Source: a plasmid. From it: 64,000 nt of DNA. The position numbers and the translations under genes are program-made. The stretch lies in sequence record NZ_CP088995.1. One strand, 5' to 3'. Of the stretch, positions 12,318 through 21,019 are shown piece by piece. The notes below the pieces were generated by a model. The model saw only the letters and a list, made by a program, of their open reading frames with translations, was not told where the DNA came from and ran no database searches. Position 1 is the stretch's first letter. The number at the start of each line of letters is the position of its first letter.

Positions 12318-13646
12318 TAATGAGATGGTCACTCCCTCCTTCCCAGTACTATGCTGAGGACAGGCTTTCATTCGGAGAACCATCATGGAAAACATTGCGC
12401 TTATTGGTATCGATCTGGGTAAGAACTCTTTCCATATTCATTGTCAGGATCATCGTGGGAAGGCCGTTTACCGTAAAAATTCACCCGACCAAAGCTAATC
12501 GAATTTCTGGCGACATGCCCGGCAACAACCATCGCGATGGAAGCCTGTGGCGGTTCTCACTTTATGGCACGCAAGCTGGAAGAGTTAGGGCATTTTCCAA
12601 AGCTGATATCACCGCAATTTGTCCGCCCATTCGTTAAAAGCAACAAAAATGACTTCGTTGATGCTGAAGCTATCTGTGAAGCAGCATCACGTCCATCTAT
12701 GCGTTTTCGTGCAGCCCAGAACCGAATCTCAGCAGGCAATGCGAGCTCTGCATCGTGTCCGTGAATCCCTGGTTCAGGATAAGGTGAAAACAACTAATCA
12801 GATGCATGCTTTTCTGCTGGAATTTGGTATCAGCGTTCCGCGAGGTGCTGCCGTTATTAGTCGACTGAGTACCCTTCTTGAGGACAGTAGTTTGCCTCTT
12901 TATCTCAGCCAGTTACTGCTGAAATTACAACAGCATTATCACTATCTTGTTGAGCAGATTAAAGATCTGGAATCTCAGTTGAAACGAAAGTTGGACGAAG
13001 ATGAGGTTGGACAGCGCTTGCTGAGTATTCCCTGCGTTGGAACGCTGACTGCCAGTACTATTTCAACTGAGATTGGCGACGGGAAGCAGTACGCCAGCAG
13101 CCGTGACTTTGCGGCGGCAACAGGGCTGGTACCCCGACAGTACAGCACGGGAGGTCGGACGACATTGTTAGGGATTAGCAAGCGGGGCAACAAAAAGATC
13201 CGAACTTTGTTGGTTCAGTGTGCCGGGGTATTCATACAAAAACTGGAACACCAGTCTGGCAAGTTGGCCGACTGGGTCAGGGAGTTGTTGTGTCGGAAAA
13301 GCAACTTTGTCGTCACCTGTGCTCTGGCAAACAAGCTGGCCAGAATAGCCTCGGGCACTGACGGCGCGACAGCAAACTTACGAAGCATAAAGGCAGAAAT
13401 ACACCAGTTTAAACAATCATTCATCTGGTTTTGCGAATACTGATATTGATGATACTAACGGCCCACCGGCCTGTTGAGGAACCTGTAAAACGGAAAGGCT
13501 CATTGAAGCCGTATATTTTCTGGAGGTTCATCAGGCGCGGAACTCATCGAGGCGCGGGAATAAAATCCCATTCAGACGCCGGATAGATTCAAGCAAGCCA
13601 ACTTGTCGTCAAAATCGGTGTTGCAAAAACGGGAGTGACCATAGAT
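12318..13646 (+). mobile_element. IS5075/IS4321-like IS110-family element (~1329 bp) inserted at the characteristic position in the Tn21 38-bp IR
   Basis: IS110-family transposase flanked by the two IR halves. Confidence 0.8.
12376..13443 (+). pseudogene. IS110-family transposase (expected ~339 aa) broken by two compensating frameshifts. One is near the A5 run at 12475-12479 and one near 12706-12709. The three ORFs 12376-12498, 12537-12764 and 12619-13443 tile the protein.
   Basis: N-terminus MENIALIGIDLGKNSFHIHCQDHRGKAVYRK stops, the next segment continues in frame 0 (…MEACGGSHFMARKLEELG…), and the rest continues in frame 1 (…VQPRTESQQAMRALHRV…). Confidence 0.7.
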
Positions 13647-13668
13647 TCCGTTTTCTGAGGTGCCCCCA
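13647..13668. repeat. Inner 22 bp of the Tn21-family 38-bp IR (TTCCGTTTTCTGAGGTGCCCCC)
   Basis: Completes the IR split by IS5075. Confidence 0.75.
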
Positions 13669-13955
13669 TAAAGCCCTGCGCAGCGCGCAGGGTCAGCCTG
13701 AATACGCGTTTAATGACCAGCACAGTCGTGATGGCAAGGTCAGAATAGCGCTGAGGTCTGCCTCGTGAAGAAGGTGTTGCTGACTCATACCAGGCCTGAA
13801 TAGCTTCATCATCCAGCCAGAAAGTTATGGAGCCACGGTTGATGAGGGCTTTATTGTAGGTGGGCCAGTTGGTGATTTTGAACTTTTGCTTTGCCACGGA
13901 ACGGTCTGCGTTGTCGGGAAGATACGTGATCTGATCCTTCAACTCAGCAAAAGTT
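13669..13955 (-). mobile_element. IS903/IS102-like (IS5-family) fragment holding the 5' end of the transposase gene. It lacks the first ~19 bp including the IR and is cut on both sides, by the Tn21 IR and by IS1.
   Basis: Encodes …FAELKDQITYLPDNADRSVAKQKFKITNWPTYNKALINRGSITFWLDDEAIQAWYESATPSSRGRPQRYSDLAITTVLVIKRVFRLTLRAAQGF, which is typical of the IS903 Tnp N-terminus. Confidence 0.65.
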
Positions 13956-13970
13956 GGTAATGACTCCAAT

Positions 13971-14474
13971 TTACTGATAGTGTTTTATGTTCAGATAGTG
14001 CCCGATGACTTTGTCATGCAGCTCCACCGATTTTGAGAACGACAGGGACTTCCTGCCCAGCCTTGCCAGATGCTGTCTCAGATTCAGGTTGTGTCGCTCA
14101 ATTCGCTGCGTGTAACGCTTACTGATGACGTGCAGTTTTCCCTTCAGACGTGACTCATACATCGGCCAGCCGTCCGTCATCCATACCACCACGTCAAAAA
14201 CTGACAGCAGGCTCAGAAGACGCTCCAGTGTGGCCATAGTGCGTTCACCGAAAACGTGGGCTACCACCGCCCTGCGTATCCTGTCATACGCGTAAAACAG
14301 CCAGCGCTGACGTGATTTTGCACCGACGTAGCCCCATTGCTCGTCCATCTCCGCACAGACAATGACATCACTGCCCGGCTGTATCCGGGAGGTTACTGAC
14401 TGCGGCCTGAGTTTTTTAAATGGCGCAAAATGGTGTTGAGGCCCACGCCCATTAGTCGTGCGGTGGCACGGCAA
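13971..14474 (-). CDS. insB: IS1 InsB (expressed as an InsAB' fusion by -1 frameshifting)
   Basis: Canonical InsB sequence. Confidence 0.9.
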   Translation of the reverse strand: MPCHRTTNGRGPQHHFAPFKKLRPQSVTSRIQPGSDVIVCAEMDEQWGYVGAKSRQRWLFYAYDRIRRAVVAHVFGERTMATLERLLSLLSVFDVVVWMTDGWPMYESRLKGKLHVISKRYTQRIERHNLNLRQHLARLGRKSLSFSKSVELHDKVIGHYLNIKHYQ

Positions 14475-14668
14475 CCGACGCCGTTCATAGCCATATCAAT
14501 GATTTTCTGGTGTGTACCGGGCTGAGAAGCGGCATAAGTGAAGGTGAGCTGCCATGTTTTACGGCAGTGAGAGCAGAGATAACGTTGATGCCCGGCAGTA
14601 CTTTTGCCATTACGCATCACGCCTTCAGTAGCGGAACAGGAGGGACAGCAGACGGAGACTGAAGCCAC
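14393..14668 (-). CDS. insA: IS1 InsA
   Basis: [40 protein letters not shown]…. Confidence 0.9.
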   Translation of the reverse strand: MASVSVCCPSCSATEGVMRNGKSTAGHQRYLCSHCRKTWQLTFTYAASQPGTHQKIIDMAMNGVGCRATARLMGVGLNTILRHLKNSGRSQ

Positions 14669-14923
14669 GGGAGCACCTCAAAAACACCATTATACACTAA
14701 ATCAGCAAGTTGGTAGCATCACCATGTTTTCATACTGGCGTGTATGCCACATTATTAGCATTTTGCGAATAAAAATAACTGGCATAATTGTATTTAATGA
14801 TAATGTTACATATTGTTAGCCAGGTTCCGGAAAGCGAGAACCGGAACCGCACCTGTCCAGCCGGTATTCCCGTCGATGACCCTCGCTTTTTACTGATTTG
14901 TGCCCGACTGAGAAGTCGGTAAC

Positions 14924-15946
14924 TCAGTTTCGGAATCGGCGCAGATGAGTTTCGGGAACAAAATAAATGTTGCCGCGCGCCCGTGAGCATGCCACGTACA
15001 GCCTGTTACGGGACGACGGTGGAAGGGTTGCCAGTTCCTGACGGGTCAGAAGCTTCCAGTGGGAGGATCCCATCACAATGCAGACATCCTGAAAGTGATC
15101 GAGCCCTTTACTGGCGCCCCAGTTCATGGAATAGCAGCCGTAACGGTGATGTTCACGATAGAAGAGCTTAATCACCGTATTATCGGCGTGCAGGGTGGCT
15201 GAGCGCTCTGTATCTGCGATCGTTTCAATCAGGGAGGCATGTATCCCATGGGCAGCGATACGGATGTTCAGTTGCCCGGTGATAAACTCGCACACTGAAG
15301 CTGAGCAACGCCATGTCCGGTTGAGCGTGTCCCGGTCAACCGCGAAACCTGCTGCGTCGAAGCGGGCCTCATATCGCGTGATGTCGTCGTGCAGCGTTGA
15401 ATTAACGTTGCCGTCATGGCTTGTATCAAAGGTATGCTGATAAAAATCGCCGCAACAGAGCACAGTGATTTCCGCGCGGCAGAGCTCCAGCAGAAAATTA
15501 AAGTCATGTCCGGCAAAGTCCTGGACTTCATCGACAAGCAGTTCATCATAGTAACGGGCAAGCCGGATACGGATATCCGGCAGCAACCCCCGGGCTGTCA
15601 GTAAATGTGCGAGCCTCCGGTGATACAGCCGTCCGGCGGGATCCTGATAATGCCGGGCATTCGTGCGCGGTATTCTGGGTGGGGGCTGGTCGAAGCTCAG
15701 GCCACGCGATGCCAGCTGCTCCTGCAGGAAAGGCCGGAAGCAAAAACCGTGCAGAAACTCAAACCAGGTCATCACCCTGATCCCTTCCGGGATAAAGCCA
15801 AAACGTCTGATAATCTGTGCCCGCAGATGCGCTTCATTATTCACGGTGAAGGTCAGGAGCAGCGTCCTCCTGTCCTCACTCAACCGTCGTATCAGCAGCG
15901 TGGTCTTGCCCGAGCCGGCAACCGCAAATATCACTCTCTTATCCAT
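14924..15946 (-). CDS. Compact UvrD/PcrA-like superfamily 1 helicase (340 aa; GajB-like partner of the OLD nuclease)
   Basis: Walker A AVAGSGKTT, motif II LLVDEVQDF, motif VI LYVACSRARGNIY. Translationally coupled to the upstream OLD gene. Confidence 0.7.
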   Translation of the reverse strand: MDKRVIFAVAGSGKTTLLIRRLSEDRRTLLLTFTVNNEAHLRAQIIRRFGFIPEGIRVMTWFEFLHGFCFRPFLQEQLASRGLSFDQPPPRIPRTNARHYQDPAGRLYHRRLAHLLTARGLLPDIRIRLARYYDELLVDEVQDFAGHDFNFLLELCRAEITVLCCGDFYQHTFDTSHDGNVNSTLHDDITRYEARFDAAGFAVDRDTLNRTWRCSASVCEFITGQLNIRIAAHGIHASLIETIADTERSATLHADNTVIKLFYREHHRYGCYSMNWGASKGLDHFQDVCIVMGSSHWKLLTRQELATLPPSSRNRLYVACSRARGNIYFVPETHLRRFRN

Positions 15947-17493
15947 GCCAGTGCCTCCTGAATATAATCAGGTACGGTCAGCTCTCCGGCGTGCAGCTGT
16001 AACAGCCGGAATGCTGCTTCTGCCTTATTGGCCAGCATGTATTCCTGCACCGTGAGTGTCCGGCGGGGTCCGCGGAAAAGCGTATCACACAGATCAGCGT
16101 TATCCTGATACAGGCTGATTTCAAATGTGGATCGGGTGTTATCGCGATCAGCAAATACCCGGGAGCGGGAACAAATCACGTCAGCATAGCGTTCATCGCA
16201 GTTTTGCTGATAGTTGCCGTCATTATCACGAAGGGCCGCGACGCGATTTTCCAGAAGACGGGCCAGTTCAAGATAACGACGGAAACTCGTTCCGCCGATA
16301 GCGATGATGTGAACTCCGTCTTCCTCCGGTGCCCTGCCATACAGGCGGCGATAAAAGGCCTCGATCAGAATAAACTCAGCATCCCCCTCCACGAGCAGCA
16401 CACGTCTGGCCAGCGCAAATTCCAGTACGTTATTATCCGGTGCTTTCATGAAGAAGGCGGCAGTCTCAGCGGAAAGTTCATTCATCAGTACCGGCCGGGC
16501 AGACCCGAGGAGGATTGCCTTACGCAGATCGAGGCGGGAGGAGATATGGCTGCTGTGTGTGGCAATAAACACCTGCGTCTGCCGTTCAGTGGCAAGCTGA
16601 TTAACCAGCCTCTTCATACTGACATGGCTGAGATGATTTTCCGGCTCCTCAAGCAACAGTACGTGGAGCTCTCCCTGCTGCTGATGCCGCTGCAGCGCAA
16701 ACTCCGTTTTGATGAAGCACTGCCTTCCTTTTCCACGGTGACGAATGGAAATACCGTCCTCGGTAATGTCCAGATTCGCCTCAAGCCCTGATTTAGCACC
16801 GGAACGCACGCCAAACTGATACGTTTCCAGCGTGTCGTTTATGGCTGACAGATGCCGGGTGCAGAAGTGCATTTTCTGTTGCCGGTAACTGTTTTCAAGC
16901 CGGTACCGATCGGCCACCGGCACATTGACGCTGTAAACTGTGCGCGTATATTCCTGTGCGGCGTGCTCGTTATCGATGCGTGCACTGTCTAAGAGCAGAT
17001 GGCGCAGATAGCGTCTGAAGCTGGCGAAATGACCACCGGAGAAGGTGCTGAACCGCACGGAATAGTATTCATAGGGAAAATTATCGGGATCCTGCTGTAG
17101 TACATTGTGAATATCCTGGCCGTATTCCTCCGTCATTGGTGCAATACGCATTCTGAGACCATCCGCATTGATACCCGCCAGATTTTGCCTGCCGTTCAGG
17201 TCAGGATCTCCCCCATTACTCAGGAAAACGTCAGCTGTCAGCACGGGTAACTGATCGGCGCGGCGCTCACCTTCCTGAAACTGCCTTACTGCTGACTGGG
17301 ACAGGAGCGATTCCACACCCAATGCCTCGACCCGGTGCCGGCTGTCACTCAGCACAAGGTCAAGGGCCAGCAGAATCGTGCTTTTCCCGGACTCATTGTC
17401 CCCGACCAGAATGTTACGGTCATGAGTGAAGCGCAGGTCCAGTTCCGGAAACTTTTTAAAGTTTTGCAGCATAAGCCGCGTGATCAGAGGCAT
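15931..17493 (-). CDS. OLD-family ATP-dependent endonuclease (520 aa), with an N-terminal ABC-type ATPase and a C-terminal Toprim nuclease domain. GajA-like, class 2 OLD.
   Basis: Walker A GDNESGKST; ATHSSH signature/H-loop region; Toprim motifs LLVEGDAEF and DNDG. The gene overlaps the downstream helicase gene by 16 nt. Confidence 0.75.
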   Translation of the reverse strand: MPLITRLMLQNFKKFPELDLRFTHDRNILVGDNESGKSTILLALDLVLSDSRHRVEALGVESLLSQSAVRQFQEGERRADQLPVLTADVFLSNGGDPDLNGRQNLAGINADGLRMRIAPMTEEYGQDIHNVLQQDPDNFPYEYYSVRFSTFSGGHFASFRRYLRHLLLDSARIDNEHAAQEYTRTVYSVNVPVADRYRLENSYRQQKMHFCTRHLSAINDTLETYQFGVRSGAKSGLEANLDITEDGISIRHRGKGRQCFIKTEFALQRHQQQGELHVLLLEEPENHLSHVSMKRLVNQLATERQTQVFIATHSSHISSRLDLRKAILLGSARPVLMNELSAETAAFFMKAPDNNVLEFALARRVLLVEGDAEFILIEAFYRRLYGRAPEEDGVHIIAIGGTSFRRYLELARLLENRVAALRDNDGNYQQNCDERYADVICSRSRVFADRDNTRSTFEISLYQDNADLCDTLFRGPRRTLTVQEYMLANKAEAAFRLLQLHAGELTVPDYIQEALAWIRE

Positions 17494-17566
17494 CTTTTAT
17501 TCCTTTATATACCGCTGACTGAAAGAGTGTCCGGCTGCGCCAGACCGCCTGTTTTGTTTTACAGCG

Positions 17567-17983
17567 TTATCTTACCCAGTCTTCCAGCACAAGACCCGGT
17601 ACCCGCTCAAATTCCCGCGTATTATTCGTCACCAGCACGGCACCGGCGGCGATGGCGTGCCCGGCAATGGCCGTGTCGTTCGGGCCGATCGGCGTCCCGG
17701 CCATTCGCAGCGCCACCTTAATCTCCGTGGTGGCGTCCACCGCAGCGCGATCCCAGGGCAGGATGGCATCGAGGCGGGCGCAGAACGCGTCGACCAGCTC
17801 GACGTGGCGCGGGGAGGCCTTCGGGCCGGTGGCCCCGAAGCGCATTTCAGAATAAGTGATGGCCGAGACAACGATGCGCTGGCCGCGCAGCACCGCCTGC
17901 TCCAGGCGCTTCAGGACGGCTTCCGGCTGCTCGCGCATGATGAACGAGCAGATACAGGTGTCGAGCATATAGGTCTTGTTCAC
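17567..17983 (-). CDS. vapC: PIN-domain toxin VapC (VagD)
   Basis: MNKTYMLDTCICSFIMREQPEAVLKRLEQ… gives the PIN acidic residues D8, E42, D99 and D117 (sequence numbering). Confidence 0.85.
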   Translation of the reverse strand: MNKTYMLDTCICSFIMREQPEAVLKRLEQAVLRGQRIVVSAITYSEMRFGATGPKASPRHVELVDAFCARLDAILPWDRAAVDATTEIKVALRMAGTPIGPNDTAIAGHAIAAGAVLVTNNTREFERVPGLVLEDWVR

Positions 17984-18213
17984 AGGTTAAATCGTCCTTC
18001 GTCGCTGACAACGTCCTCGCGCTCCGCCATAAAGTCCGGGTCTGCCTTCTCGAACTGCGCGAACGAGCCCCAGGTCGGCCGGACGGGACGCAAAATAATG
18101 CTGTCCCCTTCCCGGACGATCTCCAGCTCGCTCACTCCCTCAAAATCCAGATCGCGGGGCAGACGAATGGCGCGGTTATTGCCGTTTTTAAAAATGGATA
18201 CAGTTCTCATCAT
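17980..18213 (-). CDS. vapB: Antitoxin VapB (VagC)
   Basis: 77-aa SpoVT/AbrB-like protein that overlaps vapC by 4 nt. Confidence 0.8.
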   Translation of the reverse strand: MMRTVSIFKNGNNRAIRLPRDLDFEGVSELEIVREGDSIILRPVRPTWGSFAQFEKADPDFMAEREDVVSDEGRFNL

Positions 18214-18239
18214 TTCCTCCTGGCCGACCGGCCTGTATG

Positions 18240-18360
18240 ACTATGTTCAGTATATGCAGATGCAAAGCATATGTATAGTCATAGCATATGCAGATGGTAA
18301 GTATATGCGTATGCCACACCTATGCAGATGCCCGGCATATGGATATGTTGAACCTATGTT
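18240..18360. repeat. Cluster of short direct repeats upstream of vapB. TATGCAGATG occurs x3 and GCATATG x4, with inverted GACTATG/CATAGTC. Probably the vapBC promoter/operator.
   Basis: Repeats sit immediately 5' of vapB on the minus strand. Confidence 0.4.
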
Positions 18361-18788
18361 GTATTCTCTCTTTTCCCGGTCAGATCCGAAAAAAGCTAGT
18401 TCCGGATCTGCCGGAACGGCTCCGGCGCGCAGCGGCCCGGCAACACAAGATGTAGCGGTGTTCCCAGCTGAGGATGACGCTATATGTTGTGTCCCTCCCC
18501 TCCCCCGTGACCGGCCGCTCACCACCGGAAAACGCCGCTTTGCTTATTCCCTGACCGTGGTACACTTCCGGAAAGTTGTTATACGCAAAAAAATCGGATC
18601 TGCCGGAAACGGCCATCCGGTAATTTAGCTGCGTGACTGTTTCATGCCTTATCACGTGCTGATTTCTTCCTTTGTGTACAAAATGAATCATAACGTATAC
18701 ATTTATTGTTATAGCGGTAAATCAGGCTTCATGTTTACTTCAAAGACCATTTACCAGTCCTGAATACGTTTTGCATAAGGAAGGAGTC

Positions 18789-19733
18789 ATGGCGAAGATC
18801 CAGGCCAGAAATGTTGACGATGCGCTGTTTGCACGCATTGAGCAGTCAGCGATGAAAAATGAACGTTCACTCGAAGGGGAGATCCGCCTGGCGCTGGCCA
18901 GACAGTATCCTGCCGGGACCACCTCTCCGGAAATCCTCTCCAGCCGGCAACAGTGGCAGAAGGAATGTGGCGGGCGTCTGCGCGCCCTGTTTGACCGTCT
19001 GTCCGCTGACGGCTTTTTCCCGGGGGCCGGGCAACCCGGGCCGACGCGGATCGCCGACCAGGTACGGATAGCTCACCGGTTACATGTTTCCCCGGGACTG
19101 CTCCTGGACTGTATCGATGGCGCCGGTGAGTTAACCCGTGAGCTGGCTGAACGGATTGAAAGCCGGTTCGGCGCCAGTGCAGACTGGCTGACCACCGGTG
19201 ACGGGAAGATGTTCCCGCTGGTGATCCTGGGGACGTATTTTGGTGTCAGCTGGGAGGAGTTTTTCTTCCCGGATGATGATGAAAGGTATGTCTTTGAGTT
19301 CATCCGCATCGCCGGTGGGCGCCATGATGGCACCCTGATGATCCTGCGCCAGCATGAGCAGAACGGCCGTATCACTGCCGGCGTGGTAACAGAGGCGTTT
19401 TTCCTTGGTGCCGGTATGGGGCCGGGGGGGTATGTAAACCTGAAAGAATTTTTGTTGTTCCTCAGACAACACGGCGGGAATCTGGTCATGAATGCGTATG
19501 TGTTCTCCCCCCCGGAGCCGGATTTTGATTTCTGGTCAGTCATGGGTCAGCACCATCCGGTCTGGTTCCGTGACGCCAGACGTCGCTCCCCTTCCCGCTG
19601 GCTGCAGCAGGTACTCAGTGGTGAAGATCCGGGCGAATGGTTTGCCGGGGGATGGTCATCAATACTGAAAGAAGTGGCCGAAGCTACCCCTCCGGATAAC
19701 GCTACTGAACATACAGAAAAAAATGATGAATGA
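18789..19733 (+). CDS. Hypothetical protein (314 aa). It has an N-terminal Arc/MetJ-type ribbon-helix-helix segment and a central HTH-like segment (…HVSPGLLLDCIDG…). The C-terminal domain is unknown.
   Basis: First gene of a five-gene co-directional cluster with 24-45 bp gaps. RBS AAGGAAGGAG precedes it. Confidence 0.55.
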   Translation: MAKIQARNVDDALFARIEQSAMKNERSLEGEIRLALARQYPAGTTSPEILSSRQQWQKECGGRLRALFDRLSADGFFPGAGQPGPTRIADQVRIAHRLHVSPGLLLDCIDGAGELTRELAERIESRFGASADWLTTGDGKMFPLVILGTYFGVSWEEFFFPDDDERYVFEFIRIAGGRHDGTLMILRQHEQNGRITAGVVTEAFFLGAGMGPGGYVNLKEFLLFLRQHGGNLVMNAYVFSPPEPDFDFWSVMGQHHPVWFRDARRRSPSRWLQQVLSGEDPGEWFAGGWSSILKEVAEATPPDNATEHTEKNDE

Positions 19734-19769
19734 TTCGGTGCATCACGGCAACGTATAACAGGAAACCAG

Positions 19770-20162
19770 ATGAACAGAACATATGACGAACCAGAGACCG
19801 AAACGGACGTGATGGCCGCCGCCTTCCGCACCATACGCAGGTACGGCATGACTATCATCACCGCCACGCAGCATATGGATGTTAATGGTTACGTGAAAAC
19901 TGACCCGCGGATGCCCAGAACGCGGCTGCGCCGCTACCTGGGGCAGTATGGCCTGCGCGGTGAGGCGCTGAACAGGGAGGTCAGACGTATCGTTGCAGGG
20001 CCTGAGCGACGCGACAGTAAGCTGAAGGACGGGATTTACTATACCTGGCCTTATGGCTGGGAGCCCTGTGATTTTACGCCGATGATGCGCCGTATTTTTC
20101 GCGGGAAGCGGACCCGCCATGTGATGATGTCAGATGAAATGCCAGCGCTGTTTCTCAACTAA
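19770..20162 (+). CDS. Hypothetical protein (130 aa)
   Basis: Second gene of the cluster. No recognised family. Confidence 0.45.
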   Translation: MNRTYDEPETETDVMAAAFRTIRRYGMTIITATQHMDVNGYVKTDPRMPRTRLRRYLGQYGLRGEALNREVRRIVAGPERRDSKLKDGIYYTWPYGWEPCDFTPMMRRIFRGKRTRHVMMSDEMPALFLN

Positions 20163-20186
20163 AGTACTAACGAACAGGCCCAGTCT

Positions 20187-20741
20187 GTGTATAAGCATAC
20201 TCCCCAAATCAGGTTCGGGATGATAGCGCCCGGACAACATGGCAAGAATCTGCGGGACATTCCTGAGCAGTGTTTTGATTACGGGTTTGATCGGGAAGAT
20301 CGCTGGCCGGGGCTGGTTCTGGCCTCTACGGTAACTGTGCCGAACGGTAACACCGATGGCTGGCGACTGGCGACGCAGAGTTGTGGTGGATTCAGCTGTA
20401 ACGAATTTCAGGCCGCGGTTCTGCCCCTGCCAGTTCGCCCGGAGATGCTACGGTTTCTTGAAACCGTCGCGGAGGAGGAATTTTCGCCGGCGCCTCTGGA
20501 TTACTTCAATATGATGGATGCCGCCGATGCCGCAGCAGTTAAAAAAGGGTTCCTGTCATGTCTTCACCGCGCGGGGCTTTCCTGCAGTGAGCATAATCTG
20601 TCACTCCTGACACAGGCGCTTTATCCGGTGGATGCCACAGCGGAAAACATGAAGATCCTGGCCGGGAATTGTACTGAACTGGCCGCAATGAAGGTTCCCG
20701 GGGGACTGACGATATTTATCGTGGGTCAGAACTGTGATTAA
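20187..20741 (+). CDS. Hypothetical protein (184 aa)
   Basis: Third gene of the cluster. Confidence 0.45.
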   Translation: MYKHTPQIRFGMIAPGQHGKNLRDIPEQCFDYGFDREDRWPGLVLASTVTVPNGNTDGWRLATQSCGGFSCNEFQAAVLPLPVRPEMLRFLETVAEEEFSPAPLDYFNMMDAADAAAVKKGFLSCLHRAGLSCSEHNLSLLTQALYPVDATAENMKILAGNCTELAAMKVPGGLTIFIVGQNCD

Positions 20742-20786
20742 TTTGAACACAAATGAGCCATTCCTGGAGACGGAGGATAACAGTCA

Positions 20787-20990
20787 ATGATGCCGGCATT
20801 ACCAGGTCCGGGCGTTTCGTTTTCCGCTGCGCAGCTGCCGATGATGACGACCCTGAGCGCCAGTGACGGCTGTCACCTGTATTTTGAGCAGGGCACACTG
20901 GTGTGGATCGAGGTTTACTCGCAGGGCGACAAGCGCTGGCCGTTTTATGGCAGACCAGAACTGACGGGAATTACCCATTCATCCACGTAA
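20787..20990 (+). CDS. Hypothetical small protein (67 aa)
   Basis: Fourth gene of the cluster. Confidence 0.35.
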   Translation: MMPALPGPGVSFSAAQLPMMTTLSASDGCHLYFEQGTLVWIEVYSQGDKRWPFYGRPELTGITHSST

Positions 20991-21019
20991 CAGTTACGCA
21001 ACGGGACAAAGAGACCGGT

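Larger units (their letters stand above)
13956..14722 (-). mobile_element. IS1 (767 bp) with terminal IRs GGTAATGACTCC… / …GGTAGCATCACC
   Basis: Both IRs present. insA and insB are inside. Confidence 0.9.

Noticed and set aside
13589-13969. 126-aa ORF resembling an IS903 transposase N-terminus
   Set aside because: Chimeric reading frame spanning the IS1 end, the IS903 fragment, the Tn21 IR and the IS5075 end. Only the central part is genuine IS903 coding sequence, so it was reported as a fragment instead.
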